Part shown: positions 26,306 through 39,748 of the stretch, piece after piece
Position numbering within the stretch: the first letter of the stretch is position 1
Layout: every line of letters starts with the position of its first letter
Made by a program: the position numbers and the translations under genes
Notes under the pieces: model-generated
Seen by the model: only the letters and a program-made list of their open reading frames with translations
Databases searched by the model: none
Told to the model about the DNA's origin: nothing
NCBI GenBank assembly: GCA_951406725.2
Contig: OX597829.1
Location: 43,090,001-43,154,000, forward strand
Length of the DNA: 64,000 nt
DNA from: Octopus vulgaris
Lineage: Eukaryota
Direction: 5' to 3'

Positions 26306-26535
26306 TACTCTTTTACTCTTTTACTTGTTTCTGTCATTTGACTGCGGCCTTGCTGGAGCACCACCTTTAGTCGAGCAAATCGACCCCGGGACTTATTCTT
26401 TGTAAGCCCAGTACTTATTCTATCGGTCTCTTTTTGCCGAACCGCTAAGTGACGGGGACGTAAACACACCAGCATCGGTTGTCAAGCGATGGTGGGGGGA
26501 CAAACACAGACACACAAACACATACACATACATGC

Positions 26536-26592
<57 letters not shown>

Positions 26593-26758
26593 TACGACAG
26601 GCTTCTTTCAGTTTCCGTCTACCAAATCCACTCACAAGGCATTGGTCGGCCCGAGGCTATAGTAGAAGACACTTGCCCAAGATGCCACACAGTGGGACTG
26701 AACCCGGAACCATGTGGTGTGTAAGCAAGCTACTTACCACACAGCCGCTCCTACGCCT
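26306..26758 (-). mobile_element. SINE family B, full length
   Basis: Reverse complement of the family B consensus. Confidence 0.9.
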
Positions 26759-27123
26759 ATGTTCTTGTTAGATTCGTCGGTCTCCGTCGGTGGCTTTGAT
26801 TGAAGAGACGCACACAATAATATCGAAGCACCGCTGTCTTTTAAAGTCTCTTACACCGGTACGTGACGTGTTTTAGGAACGTGAATCGTCTGAAGAGAAA
26901 AGATTTTCTTAGACGATGAAAAACGATAGGGACCAGATATTCCCGTTCGAATGAAAAGATTCACTGGTAGGTATATAAGTGCAAAACAAAGTTCAAATAA
27001 TACCACCCGAATACCAAGAGTATAGTAATATAGTTTATTATAAAAGCGGCAAAATATTCACAGAACTGTTACTCAGAGCTTCAAGTTCCCGTTCACGTTC
27101 CCGACACTGTTGCATAATAGTAA

Positions 27124-27194
<71 letters not shown>

Positions 27195-27200
27195 CATACA

Positions 27201-27232
<32 letters not shown>

Positions 27233-27258
27233 GCTTTATTTGTATATATATATAACTT

Positions 27259-27353
<95 letters not shown>

Positions 27354-27509
27354 TTATGTCCAGTATAGCCAATTGAGACAGTATTTGCTCAAAATATTTA
27401 TGTATCAGAGATGTACTTGCATAGCAAGTGACCTGATCTGAGATCGTGTGCTGGAACAAAAACAATTGCAGCGTGGAAGGTGTTTATAAACCATTTAAGA
27501 AACACACAA

Positions 27510-27705
27510 AAACCGTTAGATTCACTTCAACATTTAAATTTAATTTGCCAAAATATTTTCGTCGCTTTGAGACCGCGACCTGTTCACTGATAAAATTCCG
27601 TGCTGCATATATATATAGATAGATACAGTGAACAGGTCGCGGTCTCAAAGCGACGAAAATATTTTGGCAAATTAAATTTAAATGTTGAAGTGAATCTAAT
27701 GGTTT
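27510..27705. repeat. 80-bp inverted repeat (27510-27589 / 27626-27705) in a Penelope-like terminal repeat
   Basis: The arms are reverse complements with one mismatch; 36-nt spacer containing a TA run. Confidence 0.9.
27544..27594 (-). ncRNA. Putative type I hammerhead ribozyme, G3:C8 variant
   Basis: UUUAUCA-GUGAACA-G-GUCGC(GGUCUCAAA)GCGAC-GAA-AAUAUU-U-UGGCAAA; second copy on the + strand at 27626-27671 with truncated stem I. Confidence 0.6.
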
Positions 27706-28386
27706 ATTTATCTATCATACTGTTGAAATTCCACTTATTGCAGTATTTTTGTTGAGATAGTATCACTTATGAAGTTACTGTGTTAAAATCACAATAACTG
27801 AGAGGTGGGGTGAGGAATTAGCCCAAGCCAGAGTGTGTGTCAGATAAATTTCAGCAATTTTGGACCTTTTCAATGATGCGTACTCGCAACCAGTTACATG
27901 ATCGGGCAAGGATTCGTGATACCTGATATAAGAGAAATGCGTATAGTATTCAATGACTGTTTGTATAGCTACACTACTGATTTAGAATTCATCATACGCA
28001 ATTGAAATAGTATTTTATTAAAACAGTCATATATGTATTATACTCAATGTATATACATACTATCGATAGACCAGTTACTGCTGTATTTGTCATAAGATAG
28101 CATCGCTTATGGACTTGCGTGTGAAAAAGTCATTAAATATCTGAGAGGGAGAGCAGGTAGAGGGCGAAATTTCTCCAACAATAGCCAGCGAGAGCGCTAG
28201 GGTCATTCTTGCCAAAAGCGCTTTCTTGCAGACAGCTACATGTCGTTGCTGAAGACACCGCTGCCACAATAATTCATCCAAGTTGCCTAAAATCAATCAC
28301 CAGTGTGTTTTTTCATAATTTTTTGCATCAAATATGGTGTTTTTAGCGTCAAGAAACTTTTTATTGGTAACGTTAAAGAAAGGGAG

Positions 28387-28445
<59 letters not shown>

Positions 28446-28502
28446 GATGGACAGACAGACAACCGATAGACTGACAGCAGACAGACAGATCGTATATATA
28501 TA

Positions 28503-28899
28503 CTAGCAGTATCGCCCGGCGTTGCTCGGGTTTGTAAGGGAAATAACTATATAAGCATTTTTAGAGATGTAAAGTATAATAGCCATCTCAAAGTGGCTAA
28601 CCACAAAGGGGGGGGGGGTTACCGTAGCTTTTTACGTTCTGAGATTTAATAATACATTTTAAGAGAGTTACTTCCCTTTTATATGCCAAAAATGCATTAA
28701 AAATGGGAAAAAATGATGGTAATTTTTTTTTTAATCGTAGACTCATCGTAGACGCGCGCTAATACCCAGAAGGGCTCGATATGAATCACGACTATAAGAT
28801 ACCCGGTTTTGGTTAAACTGCACCGCAAAATGTGGGAGTAGTTAGGAATCTAAATCGTAGGAGACAGACACTACACAACCTCACTTTTATATATATAGA
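28503..28899 (-). mobile_element. Non-autonomous Helitron
   Basis: Minus strand: A|TCTATATATATAAAAG ... hairpin CCCGAGCAACGCCGGG ... CTAG|T; no TSD. Confidence 0.85.
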
Positions 28900-28901
28900 T
28901 A

Positions 28902-29414
28902 CTAGCAGTATCTCCCGGCGTTGCTCGGGTTTGTAAGGAAATAACTATATAAGCATTTTTAGAGAGTTACTTCCCTTATAGATGCCAATTCGGGCTTTCT
29001 TATCCATTTCTGTTTTGGTGTCTTCAAGCCATGAAGTCGTTCTAAAAGAACGCTGGTCTCCTTGACAACGCTTTACGACGTTGATTTCCTTACACTCCCA
29101 TCCCCACAGCTTCACGAGGGAGGCAAGAAGGGGGAGAAGCAAACACAGGTGCAGGTGTTTGAGCGTGGACGCCAACTCCGCCGCCATCGACACACGAAAA
29201 ATTATGCATTAAAATGGAATAAAAAATGATGTTAAATTATTTTTAAAATCGTAGACTCATCGTAGACGCGCGCTAATACTCAGACGGGCTCGATATGAAT
29301 CACGACTATAAGATACCCGAATTTGGTTAAACTGCACCGCAAAATGTGGGAGTAGTTAGGAATCTAAATAGTAGGAGACAGACACTCACACAACTACAGT
29401 TTTATATATATAGA
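28902..29414 (-). mobile_element. Non-autonomous Helitron, tandem copy with an extra internal segment
   Basis: Same termini as 28503-28899; ~28980-29200 is not present in the other copies. Confidence 0.85.
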
Positions 29415-30065
29415 TATATATGTTTGATTATGTGGGTGTATGTGTACGAATTCGGACTTCACTAAATTACTGGTAACGTTAAAGAAAGAGAAAATGAGAG
29501 GGAGAGAGAGAAAGACAGACAGACAGACAGACGGACAGACAGACAGGCAGGCAGAGAGAATGAAAGGAAGAGAGAGATCAAATGAGCCAGAAACGAGAGA
29601 AAATTTGTACTGAGACGCGGAAGACAAGGTAGGTAAAGAACAAGAATTTGTGAGCATGTTGATGCATACACACACACACACACATACACACAGACGCGTG
29701 CACATACACACACAAACGCACAAACACCGCACACAGTACAAACACGCAACACACACATACACGCAAACGCAGTTTGTTTGATAGATAGCTTGATAGACAG
29801 ACAGAGAAACAGACAGATAGAAAGGCAGACTGACACGCAGACAGACAGATACACAGACAGGCGGACGGACAGATAGATAGATAGATAGATAGAATATATA
29901 TATATATTATATATATAGTAAAAGCAATTAAGATTCAAGTGAGTTCTGTTGAATTCACATGAATGAGGTACTTAACTTAGATGCACCAGAAATCTATATG
30001 GTATTAACCATAAGATAATGCGGGGTGATTACAAACGAGAAAAAAGCAACAAAAATGGATCAATA

Positions 30066-30155
30066 TTTCGGTACAATTGTTTCGTACGAAGACCACCTTT
30101 ATTAAGGCTGCAAATATTGCAGCAAATGCACGTGACCAGTACTCATCAGCCGAAA
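30066..30155 (-). ncRNA. Putative type I hammerhead ribozyme, canonical core
   Basis: UUUCGG-CUGAUGA-GUAC...(long stem II insert)...GUAC-GAA-ACAAUUGU-A-CCGAAA: 6-bp stem I, full core, palindromic stem III, GUA cleavage triplet (cut between 30072 and 30071). Confidence 0.85.
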
Positions 30156-30338
30156 AAACATCTGAGTTCTCAAAACATCCAAGGGGGTGAGGCTACACTC
30201 ATGAAACATTCGGGATAGTTCTATAAAAATCAGATTTAGATAATAAACGAACTTCCAAACGGACTTATATATATATGGATGTATGTATGTATGTATGTAT
30301 GTATGTATGTATGTATGTATGTATGTATGTATATATAC

Positions 30339-30405
<67 letters not shown>

Positions 30406-30682
30406 GAGATAGATAGAGAGAGAGAGAGATTTGTATGGGTGTAGGTGTCTGCAGGTATGGGTTTGTAAGTAGAGGATGACTATGGTGTTGACATGTTTAC
30501 ACAAGCTGTTGGTGAGACACCGTACATTAAAACAATGTGTTGATTTATCATTTTCCTTTCTCGATAGCCACACTCGCACTTCATTTCCGTTACGCCTACC
30601 ATTTATTTGGGATATGTCTATATTCTGTTATTTGTGTGTGCGTATGCTTGTTGCGTACATCAATGCGCATATATGTCAATAT

Positions 30683-31265
30683 TCTTTCTACTCAATGCAC
30701 AAGGCCTGAAATTTTGGGGGAAGTGGGCCAGTCGATTAGATCGATCCCAGTACGCAACTGGCACTTAATTTATCGACCCCGAAAGGACGAAAGGCAAAGT
30801 CGACCTCGGCGGAATTTGTACTCAGAACGTAATAACAGATGAAATACCTATTTCTTTACTACCCACAAGGGGCTAAACACAGAGAGAACAAACAAGGACA
30901 GACAAACCGATTAATTCGATTATATCGACCCCAGTGCGTAACTGGTACTTATTTAATCGACCCCTAAAGGATGAAAGGCATAGTCGATCTCGGCAGAATT
31001 TGAACTCAGAACATAGCGGCAGACGAAATACCTATTTCTTTACTACCCAAAAGGGGTTAAACACAGAGGGGACAAACAAGGACAGACAAACGGATTAAGT
31101 TAATTACGTCGACCCCAGTGCGTAACTGGTACTTAATTTATCAACCCCGAAAGGATGAAAGGCAAAGTCGACCGCGGCGGAATTAGAACTCAGAACGTAT
31201 CGGCAGACGAAATACAGCTAAGCATTTCGCTCGGCGTGCTAACGTCTCTTCCAGCTCATCACCTT
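30683..31265 (-). mobile_element. SINE family A, trimeric
   Basis: Three ~180-nt units; head at ~31265, terminal tail at ~30683. Confidence 0.9.
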
Positions 31266-32085
31266 CAGATCTGGCTGGAGTTACATATACTTACAGTACC
31301 TATGTCTGTCTGTGTGTGCATGCGCGAGCTCGGTGATGTTATTATCGAGATTTCTGGTTAGTATTTACAGATTTTCAATTCGAGTTCACTACACGAAATC
31401 TCGGACCAGTGAAAAAGTGTTTACTACTTCGAACAAAGCCTTAGGTCATCCTAAACTATTGTCAATGGAGTTTGTCAGAGCTAAACAGTTCGAGAGTTGG
31501 TCATTTGGGCTGTATTTTTATTCGCAAAGGATGTCAATCATTTCTGGTCGATGCTTCGACACGTGACACGTTGAGTCCTGCTACCTCTGCAGGAACACCC
31601 ACACTACGGTTTCTTACTCTTTCTATTTCGACCAGTTTTCTAGACATTGATCATGAAAATTTTCTCTTCCTCCTCAAACAAAGACATAAAAATCGTGTTT
31701 ATAAGATTACACTGACTTTCGTGAATATAAATACGAAGGCAATAGACGAATAGACACACACGAAAACCATAACCTGCACATATACTAAACAGACACCGTA
31801 AACAAAATAAAAAAATATAGTAGGTTATTCTATATCAAATAACAAGTTTGTTTAATACCGATCGATATCTTGTTTTTAAATTTGCTTCTCTTTTATTATT
31901 TTTCAGACGGTGGGCAACAGCCATGTTGCAAAACAGCCGTCAAAGTTCTTTCTTTATTGTTTATTTTTGTCGATGAGATTTACAGGCGTTCTTATTTCAA
32001 TCTGGTATATAGTCAATCTATATATTAAGCAGAAACTGATGTGGCGCAGTTTCTATCTTCATTATTCTCTGTCTTCCAACTCACA

Positions 32086-32125
<40 letters not shown>

Positions 32126-32200
32126 AAATATTAGGGAATAAATCCAAATTTACAGGGAAAAATCAGATTTAGGATTGAATCCAATTTTATAGTAAAATAT

Positions 32201-32504
32201 TATATTATATTAAATTAGAGATAAAACCACTATTAGGCAAATCATACAATGAAAAACTTAAGCCAATACATAAGATTAATTTATATTATTTAAATATGTA
32301 ACAAAATTATTAAAAAAATATAATTAATATCACACTACGATCGTTTCATGCCTGCTGTCTTCAAATTTTTGAGTCGCAGTCATTCATCAGGTGGTTTAAA
32401 TATTTTTCTTGGCGAGGTTTATAAATTAATCATATGTATTGGCTTAAGTTTTTCATTGTTTGATTTGCCTAATAGTGGTTTTGTCTCTAATTTAATATAA
32501 TATA
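32201..32504. repeat. ~85-bp inverted repeat (32201-32285 / 32420-32504), Penelope-like terminal repeat between (TA)n tracts
   Basis: The arms are reverse complements with about 3 mismatches. Confidence 0.9.
32331..32395 (-). ncRNA. Putative type I hammerhead ribozyme, canonical core
   Basis: CAC-CUGAUGA-AUGACUGC...UCAAA(AA)UUUGA...GCAGGCAU-GAA-ACGAUCGU-A-GUG; palindromic stem III, GUA triplet, short stem I. Confidence 0.75.
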
Positions 32505-32679
32505 TATATATAAATATATATATATATCATCATCATCATTATCATCATCATTATCATCATCATCCTCATCTATATAGTCTTTCATCGTTGCAGTCATGCG
32601 GCCATTCTGGGGCATTGCCTCAAAGTGTTTTATTCGAAAGAATTGACTCCCATGTATATATGTGTGTGCATAATTATAT

Positions 32680-33462
32680 ATTGGTGCTCGTATGGCAGGC
32701 GCTAGCGTAACGAAAACAGATGAAATGTTTGCTGTGTCAAGAAGTACTGTCTCGAAAGTAATGACAACCTTTGAGAAAGAGAGAAAGCCTCCTCGCTGAA
32801 ACAAAACTCCAGAAGAAAACCAGAACTTTCTGATAGGGACCGTCGGACTCTTACGCGAATTATTAGAAAGGATTACAATAGTACAGCTCCCAAAATTACT
32901 ACAGAGCTTAATGACCACCTCGAGAACCTAGTTTCTACAATAGCTGTTCGCCGGGAGCTGCACAAGGCAGGATTTCATTGGAGGGCTGCAATCAGAAAAC
33001 CATTTCTTTCGAAAACAAAAGTTGCAAAGCGTTTAGAGTGGAGTAAAAACCTATAGAATTGGTCCCTAGAAAATGTTATTTTCTTGGACGTGTCATTCTT
33101 TACTTTATTTCCGACCACCGGCCGAGTATACGTATGGAGACAGCAAAAAGAAGCATTTGACCCAGACTGCCTTCTTCCAGTTGATAAACATGGAGGAGGA
33201 TCTGTGCTGATTTGTTGAGGCTATATCTTGGAATCCGCCCGCCCAATGGTTTTCCTTCATGGCAGAATTAATAGTCAAGACTATTGAAGCATTTTATCTG
33301 ATCAAATTCATCCTATGGTTGCGGAACTTTTTCTAGCGGGAAACGCAATCTTTCAGGATGATAATGTACCAATTCTCACAGCTGAAGTTGTTACTGAATG
33401 GCACGAGGAACATTCTAGTGAAGCTGAACATTTTATCTGGCCATCACAGTCACCACATCTCT
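32680..33462 (+). pseudogene. Decayed Tc1-family (DD34E-type) transposase
   Basis: IGARMAGASVTKT..VSRSTVSKVM (HTH), LSDRDRRTLTRII, VRRELHKAGF, NVIFLD, GRVYVWRQ, KHGGGSVLI, AIFQDDNVP, WPSQSPHL; contains stops and frameshifts. Confidence 0.9.
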
Positions 33463-33589
33463 GCTCTAAGAAACGACGTAACATACAACTACTGGGTCGA
33501 GAAGCGAACCTGTTTTCCATACAGCTATGTTTACTAACATACAGTTTGAAAGACGTTGAGGCTCTACTATATCATAATTATTAGCAAAT

Positions 33590-33885
33590 CCTGGGTAGCA
33601 TTTTGTCTCATTCTTCACGTTCTGAGTTCAAATTCCGCTGAGATTAACGTTGCCTTTCCTCATTATCGGGTTGAGAGAAATAAGTAAGACTGAAGTAGTG
33701 GGAGTAATCTAATCGAATAAGCCACACGTCTGTCTTCACGTTTTGAGTTCAAATTCCGCCGAGGTCATCTTTGCCTTTCATCCTTTCGGGCTTCGTAAAA
33801 TAAGTACCTGTTGAATACTGTGGTCGATGTAATCGAATTCCTCCCCCACGCAAAATTGCTGGATTTTTGCCAAAATTTGAAATCA
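33590..33885 (+). mobile_element. Degraded SINE family A dimer
   Basis: Two GTT(C/T)TGAGTTCAAATTCCGC units followed by GCCTTTC.. cores. Confidence 0.7.
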
Positions 33886-34477
33886 ATTATTAACAAGCGA
33901 ATTATTTTGCCTCAGCAGCAGCAGCAGCAGCCGTTCAAGAATTTGGACCTGGAGATCTCCATTTCCAGCGACTTCAAGGGCCACCTCCCAGTAGTGTTGG
34001 CCTCAACGAAGAGCTCTCGACTACAAGACGACCAAAAAATGTTTTTCCAAGGTCTGGGGTCTCCCGCCCCTAAGCCCTAGACCATCACCTAATCACCCTT
34101 ACCCGTCTTGTTGCTTAACAACAATAACAGCAGCAACAGCAATAGCATGTATGGAAATTGGTCGCAATCATATGCTACTGCGTTAAAGGAAGGACACATT
34201 GGAAATTAGATATTTTACACGTAGAATGAGTGAGCACTACTATAAGATTGCTCCTGTCTATATTTTGTTTTTGTTGTTATTGTTCCTACTGCTGCTTCTG
34301 CCGCCGTTGTTGCTTCAAGTTGGCACTGAATGAGCAGTTGCATGGCAGTCAACGAAAGGATGAAAGCCACTTTTTGTCTCAGTATGTATCGGAAAATTAT
34401 TTTCACGTTAGCGAAATTTCATCCTGCTTTAACAACAATCATTTTGAGAGCGTCTTGGCTTCATTCTTGACTATATT

Positions 34478-34557
34478 ATTTGTCGTATAAGTTTATCCAT
34501 ATATGACATTTGTCGTATAAATTTATCCTTATACGACATTTGTCGTATAAGTTTATC
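34478..34557. repeat. 30-bp minisatellite (~2.7 units) with internal dyad symmetry
   Basis: ATTTGTCGTATAA(G/A)TTTATCC(A/T)TATA(T/C)GAC repeated. Confidence 0.8.
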
Positions 34558-34772
34558 TTATCTTGAAAATAGCAGCATTGTATTTCAGGGAAATTTCGTT
34601 TCATTTCCTTGCAGCTCGAACGAACTTGTACAGACATTTTCACCAGCAATATTTATTCAAAAGTCTACTCAGTTCGTAGTCAGATATGAGACACCTTAGT
34701 TTCGATCCTTTGTCCTCTAAGTATACAACACTCCGACGTCAACTTTGCTTTCATACTAGTATTGCTCTAGAC

Positions 34773-34993
34773 CAGTACTTTTCAAACGTTCATTACCTAT
34801 TTTACTTATGCGAACCCTCCTAGGCATTCGATGTTAAAAAAAGATAATATATTTTTATAATTAAATATTATTTTCAGTTTATAACAAAATATTTTGAGTA
34901 TTGAATAAGTATAACCAATTTACTGCAGATAAATCCTAACAAAATCTTATATGGATCCCCCAGGGCCATATGGACCCCGGTTGAGGAACCGCT
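34773..34993. mobile_element. Degenerate hAT-type MITE
   Basis: CAGTACTTTTCAAAC ... GGACCCCGGTTGAGGAACCGCTA resemble decayed TIRs of the 8604-8896 type; TSD is not clean. Confidence 0.4.
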
Positions 34994-35991
34994 ATCATAG
35001 AAAGTTTATATTCCTAGTATACATCAAAGAAGGTGAGGTAAATAAAATACCAGACAGCTAAGAGATGTTGTTATTGACCCTTACAATACCGCTTCATAGA
35101 TTTGTTTAATTAATATGTCCAGCATTTACAATCTCGATGCTTTCTATATGATTTTTAACTGCATTTTAGGGAGATGTTTTATTATCAGGGTCTTTTTTAC
35201 CCATTATTAGCATCTTACATACCCCTATTCAGTGTTTCATATATACATAATATAAAGCAATTTTGTTCTTATTGTGTTTTCATTATGACTAATAAACCAC
35301 TAGTGAAACGTATTTTCATCGTTCTACGATCAATAATAAAATATAGCACCACTAAATTAGCAAGAGTCGATTTATATTTCAACAATGCATACTAAAAATG
35401 GTTGGAATTAAAACAGAAGACTCATCAAAATAATCGAAGGAGTCTATCACTAAGTAACAAAATATAGATACGTATCAGCCAGAGGGGTATGTCACAAATC
35501 ACTCGAATTGCTGGAAATAGTAGACAATTTTCACTATTTTCACTGCATCTTAATCCACAGATTTAAAAACGCAAATGTCGGAAGGCAAAAGAAAGATACG
35601 AAATCTGAGATACAGAATATAGAATATAAGATACTCATTGCTAGTATGAGGATCTCATTTCGAAACTTTGCTCGGTCAGAGCCGACAACCACAGTACTTC
35701 ATAGGGCAAGCCGTACCATGAATTGTGTCGAGTTTATTCGCGTTCAGAATTTTGATTAAATCTTAAATGTGCATTGTAGTACAGCTGACCAAACAAACCA
35801 ACACTCAACGTTGATAATATTGAAGCATTTATCATGTTTATGACATTCACTTGCCTTTCTAAAAGGAGTAGCTGTGTGGTAAGAAGCTTGCCTCCAAACC
35901 GCATGGCACCTTCATCGAGCGTGTGTGCGCGGGCGTGTATGTGTATGTACGAATTTATGCATACAAATATATTTTTAGTAATATCTTTACA

Positions 35992-36058
<67 letters not shown>

Positions 36059-36231
36059 GGAAAATTCACAAAAAAAATACGGAGACAGGTGGTGTAGACA
36101 ACAAACACATGTTTCGAGCCTGCGTTCTTCCACAGAAAGGAACACGGAAAGAGACAAGGAGAGACATTGAAGGTGTATTGGCTAGCAATCTGTCTATTTA
36201 TCTATCTATCTATATACATATATATATATAT

Positions 36232-36291
<60 letters not shown>

Positions 36292-37049
36292 TCGTGGGCA
36301 TGTATAAATGTATATTTATTTCCAAAAAGAACAATTATCGAAAAATGAATACATTCATAGGGTACTTCGTTATCGTTTCTTGGCTATTTTCGCCGTTGCC
36401 CGTAGACACTTTGGAGTGTGTGCATGTCCATCTGTATGCACCAGCATGTTTGTGTGTTAATACATGTATATATACATACATACATATATATATATACATA
36501 TATATATGTGTGTGTGTGTGTGTGTGTAGAAATGAATGTTCGTGTGTGTGTAATTATGTATATTTATGTGCATGTGTACGTTTATGTTTGTGTACATGTA
36601 TGTCTGCGTTAGTGTGTCTGCGTGTATGGTCTTTATTTTCTCCTTTATTTTCCCCTTTATTTTTACCCATCTGTATAATATTGAGCAGATTTCTCTGTCC
36701 AGCCAGCTTTCCTTAATCTGCTTATGTTTCGGACACAAAGTAGCCAATTGCTTTAAAAATGAAGAGACTACGAAAGACCAAAAACATAACCTGCATTGAT
36801 TTCGGTCCCAGAGCATTTTTTCTCTTTACAAACATGCATCAGATCTCGGGTCACGTATCTCTTAACCCCGCCAACAGGTCAGAGGTTACAAGTTGATTCG
36901 AGCTAATTAATTAACAATCTGCGGTTTCGCATCAGAATCATCAGACAACATCATCATACCCTGTTGTTTATATGCCTGGTCGTCTGTCTGTTTGTCAGAA
37001 TATCTGTCTGTCTGTGTATCTATGCAAGCGAGTAATCATGTGAGTGCGC

Positions 37050-37625
37050 GTATATATGTATGTATGTATGTATGTATGTGTATATATATATATGTATGTA
37101 TGTATGCATGTATGCATGCATGTATGTATGTATGTATGTATGTATGTATGTATGTATGTATGTATGTATGTATGTATGTACGTTTGTATGTATGTTTGTA
37201 TGTATGTATGTATGTATGTATGTATATATGTATGTATGCATGTATATATGCATGTATGTATGTGTGTATGTATGTATGCATGTATGTATGTATGCATGTA
37301 TGCCTGTATGTATGCATGTATGTATTTATGTATGCATGTATGTATGTATGTATGTATGCATGTATGTATGCATGTATGTATGTATGTATGTATGTATGTA
37401 TGTATGTATGTATGTTTGTATGTATGTTTGTATGTATGTATGTATATATGTATGTATGCATGTATATATGCATGTATGTATGTATGTATGTATGCATGTA
37501 TGTATGTATGCATGTATGCCTGTATGTATGCATGTATGTATTTATGCATGCATGTATGTATGTATGTATGTATGTATGTATGTATGTATGTATGTATGTA
37601 TGTATGCATGCATGCATGCACGTAT
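37050..37625. repeat. (TATG)n tetranucleotide tract with variants
   Basis: Direct reading. Confidence 0.95.
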
Positions 37626-39095
37626 GTGTGATTTGCGTGTTTTTGTGCGTTTGTGTGTGCATGCGTGCGTGCGTGTTTCATTTCACAAACATTCATATTA
37701 TCTCTCAGCCTGGTTTCCTATCCGTGCATTCATGTGTGTATATATATGTGTATGTATAATGTATAAACATACAACTGATATTATTAAGTATACATGTACA
37801 CATACACTACTACATGCATATACTCTACATACATATACACACATACATGCATAAATGCATACTTACAAAACATGCAAACAAACATATATGTCAATCTATG
37901 TCCACATTCTCATTCGCTCTTTTTATTTCGCTCTATTTATCAAACTATCGATCTGTTTGTGTGTCTGTCCCCCCCCCTAGCCACCCCGCCCCCGCCTCAG
38001 CAAAAAAAAAAAAAACAAGAAGAAAAAGGACATTAATAACACAACGGTCAACATCAACAGCAGCAGGCACTTTGTTAATATCCAAGTACATATACTTTAA
38101 TCTATCTCTGTCCACTAATTAATTTCCTCTAGGGGTCACCCCCAAATAATAATAATAATAATAATAATAACAATAACAATGAACAACAACAGCAACAAAA
38201 ACTCCAAACAGTAACAACAACAACAACACCAACAATGATGGCGATGTCGACGATGACGACGACAACGACGACGGTGATGACGACGACGACGACGGTGATG
38301 ACGTCGATGACGATGACAATTCTACTGAAGATGATGATAATGATGATGGTGATGACCCTCATCATCATCCTCATTATTATCATTCTCCTCCTCCTCCGCC
38401 TCCTCCTTATTATTATTATCATCGTGATAAATATATTTACCACAAAGGCGGGGGCTGAGAAGACATTACATAGACAGCGGGGTTGCCTGCCTCCAATGAA
38501 ATTAAGTGATTAAAAAGAAGTTACAAATATACTAGGCACACCACAAAATTCTATAAATGCCCCTAAAGGAAGATCGCGACCCATACTCTATCGAGAAACC
38601 CATGAGATTCTGGATTATATTAACTACCAAGATTGAGCATCGTTTCTTGGCTCTCAGTACGAGGTCTACGAGTGCATGATGCGAGTTAACTCATATACTC
38701 GAGTAATTTTAGTCTTATTTCCGTGAACGTTTTGATTAGTTTATTGAAGGAAAATAGCATTTTCCATGCATTTAAGCTTCCTCTTAGAAAGTGAAAAAGC
38801 TGGCAATATCTTGACTGAAGAGAACTGTATCTATCTTTAGTCCTTTCGATCACTTCTGCACTACAAATTCTTTAACGGTGGATGTCATACATAGCTGTTC
38901 TTCCCACTCAAAGGATTGATTTTCACGATAGCTTTCGCTGATAACCTGATGCGTTCAACATACAACAGCTGTACCACAGAAAAAATTTTGAATTGCGGGT
39001 TTGTTGTGTTGTCGCATTTTCACGTCTTGCCCGTGTATTGAAGAATACGAGGTTTTTCGTGGAACACCATATTTCACCGTTTTCGATTACATACA

Positions 39096-39164
<69 letters not shown>

Positions 39165-39169
39165 TGTAT

Positions 39170-39527
39170 CCGTCACTTTGACTGTGGCCGTGCTGGATCA
39201 CCGCCTTTTAGTCGAAGGAATCGACCCCGAGACTAATTCATTGTAAGCCTTGTACTTATTCTATCGGTCAATTTTGCTGAACCGATAAGTTACGGGAACC
39301 GCTAAGTTGCGTAAACACACCAAGGACGGTTGTCAAGCGATGGTAGAGGAACAAACAGACACAAACACGCAAATATATACGTATGTATATATACAACAGG
39401 CTTCTTTCAGTTTCCGTCTACCAAATCCACTCACAAGGCTTTGGTCGGCCTGAGGCTATAGTGGAACTGAACCTGGAACCGTGTGGTTGGGGAACAAGCT
39501 TCTTACCACACAGCCACGCCTCCACCT
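39170..39527 (-). mobile_element. SINE family B (diverged)
   Basis: Reverse complement of the family B body. Confidence 0.85.
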
Positions 39528-39590
39528 ATATATATGCGTGTACATATATATATTTATATATCCATATATACGCATATATATATACCTATG

Positions 39591-39635
<45 letters not shown>

Positions 39636-39684
39636 TTATCCACATATACATACACACACACATACATACATACATACATACATG

Positions 39685-39748
<64 letters not shown>

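Noticed and set aside
31890-32028. Possible splice acceptor and exon in phase with the 22396 candidate
   Set aside because: No convincing donor and no recognisable peptide.
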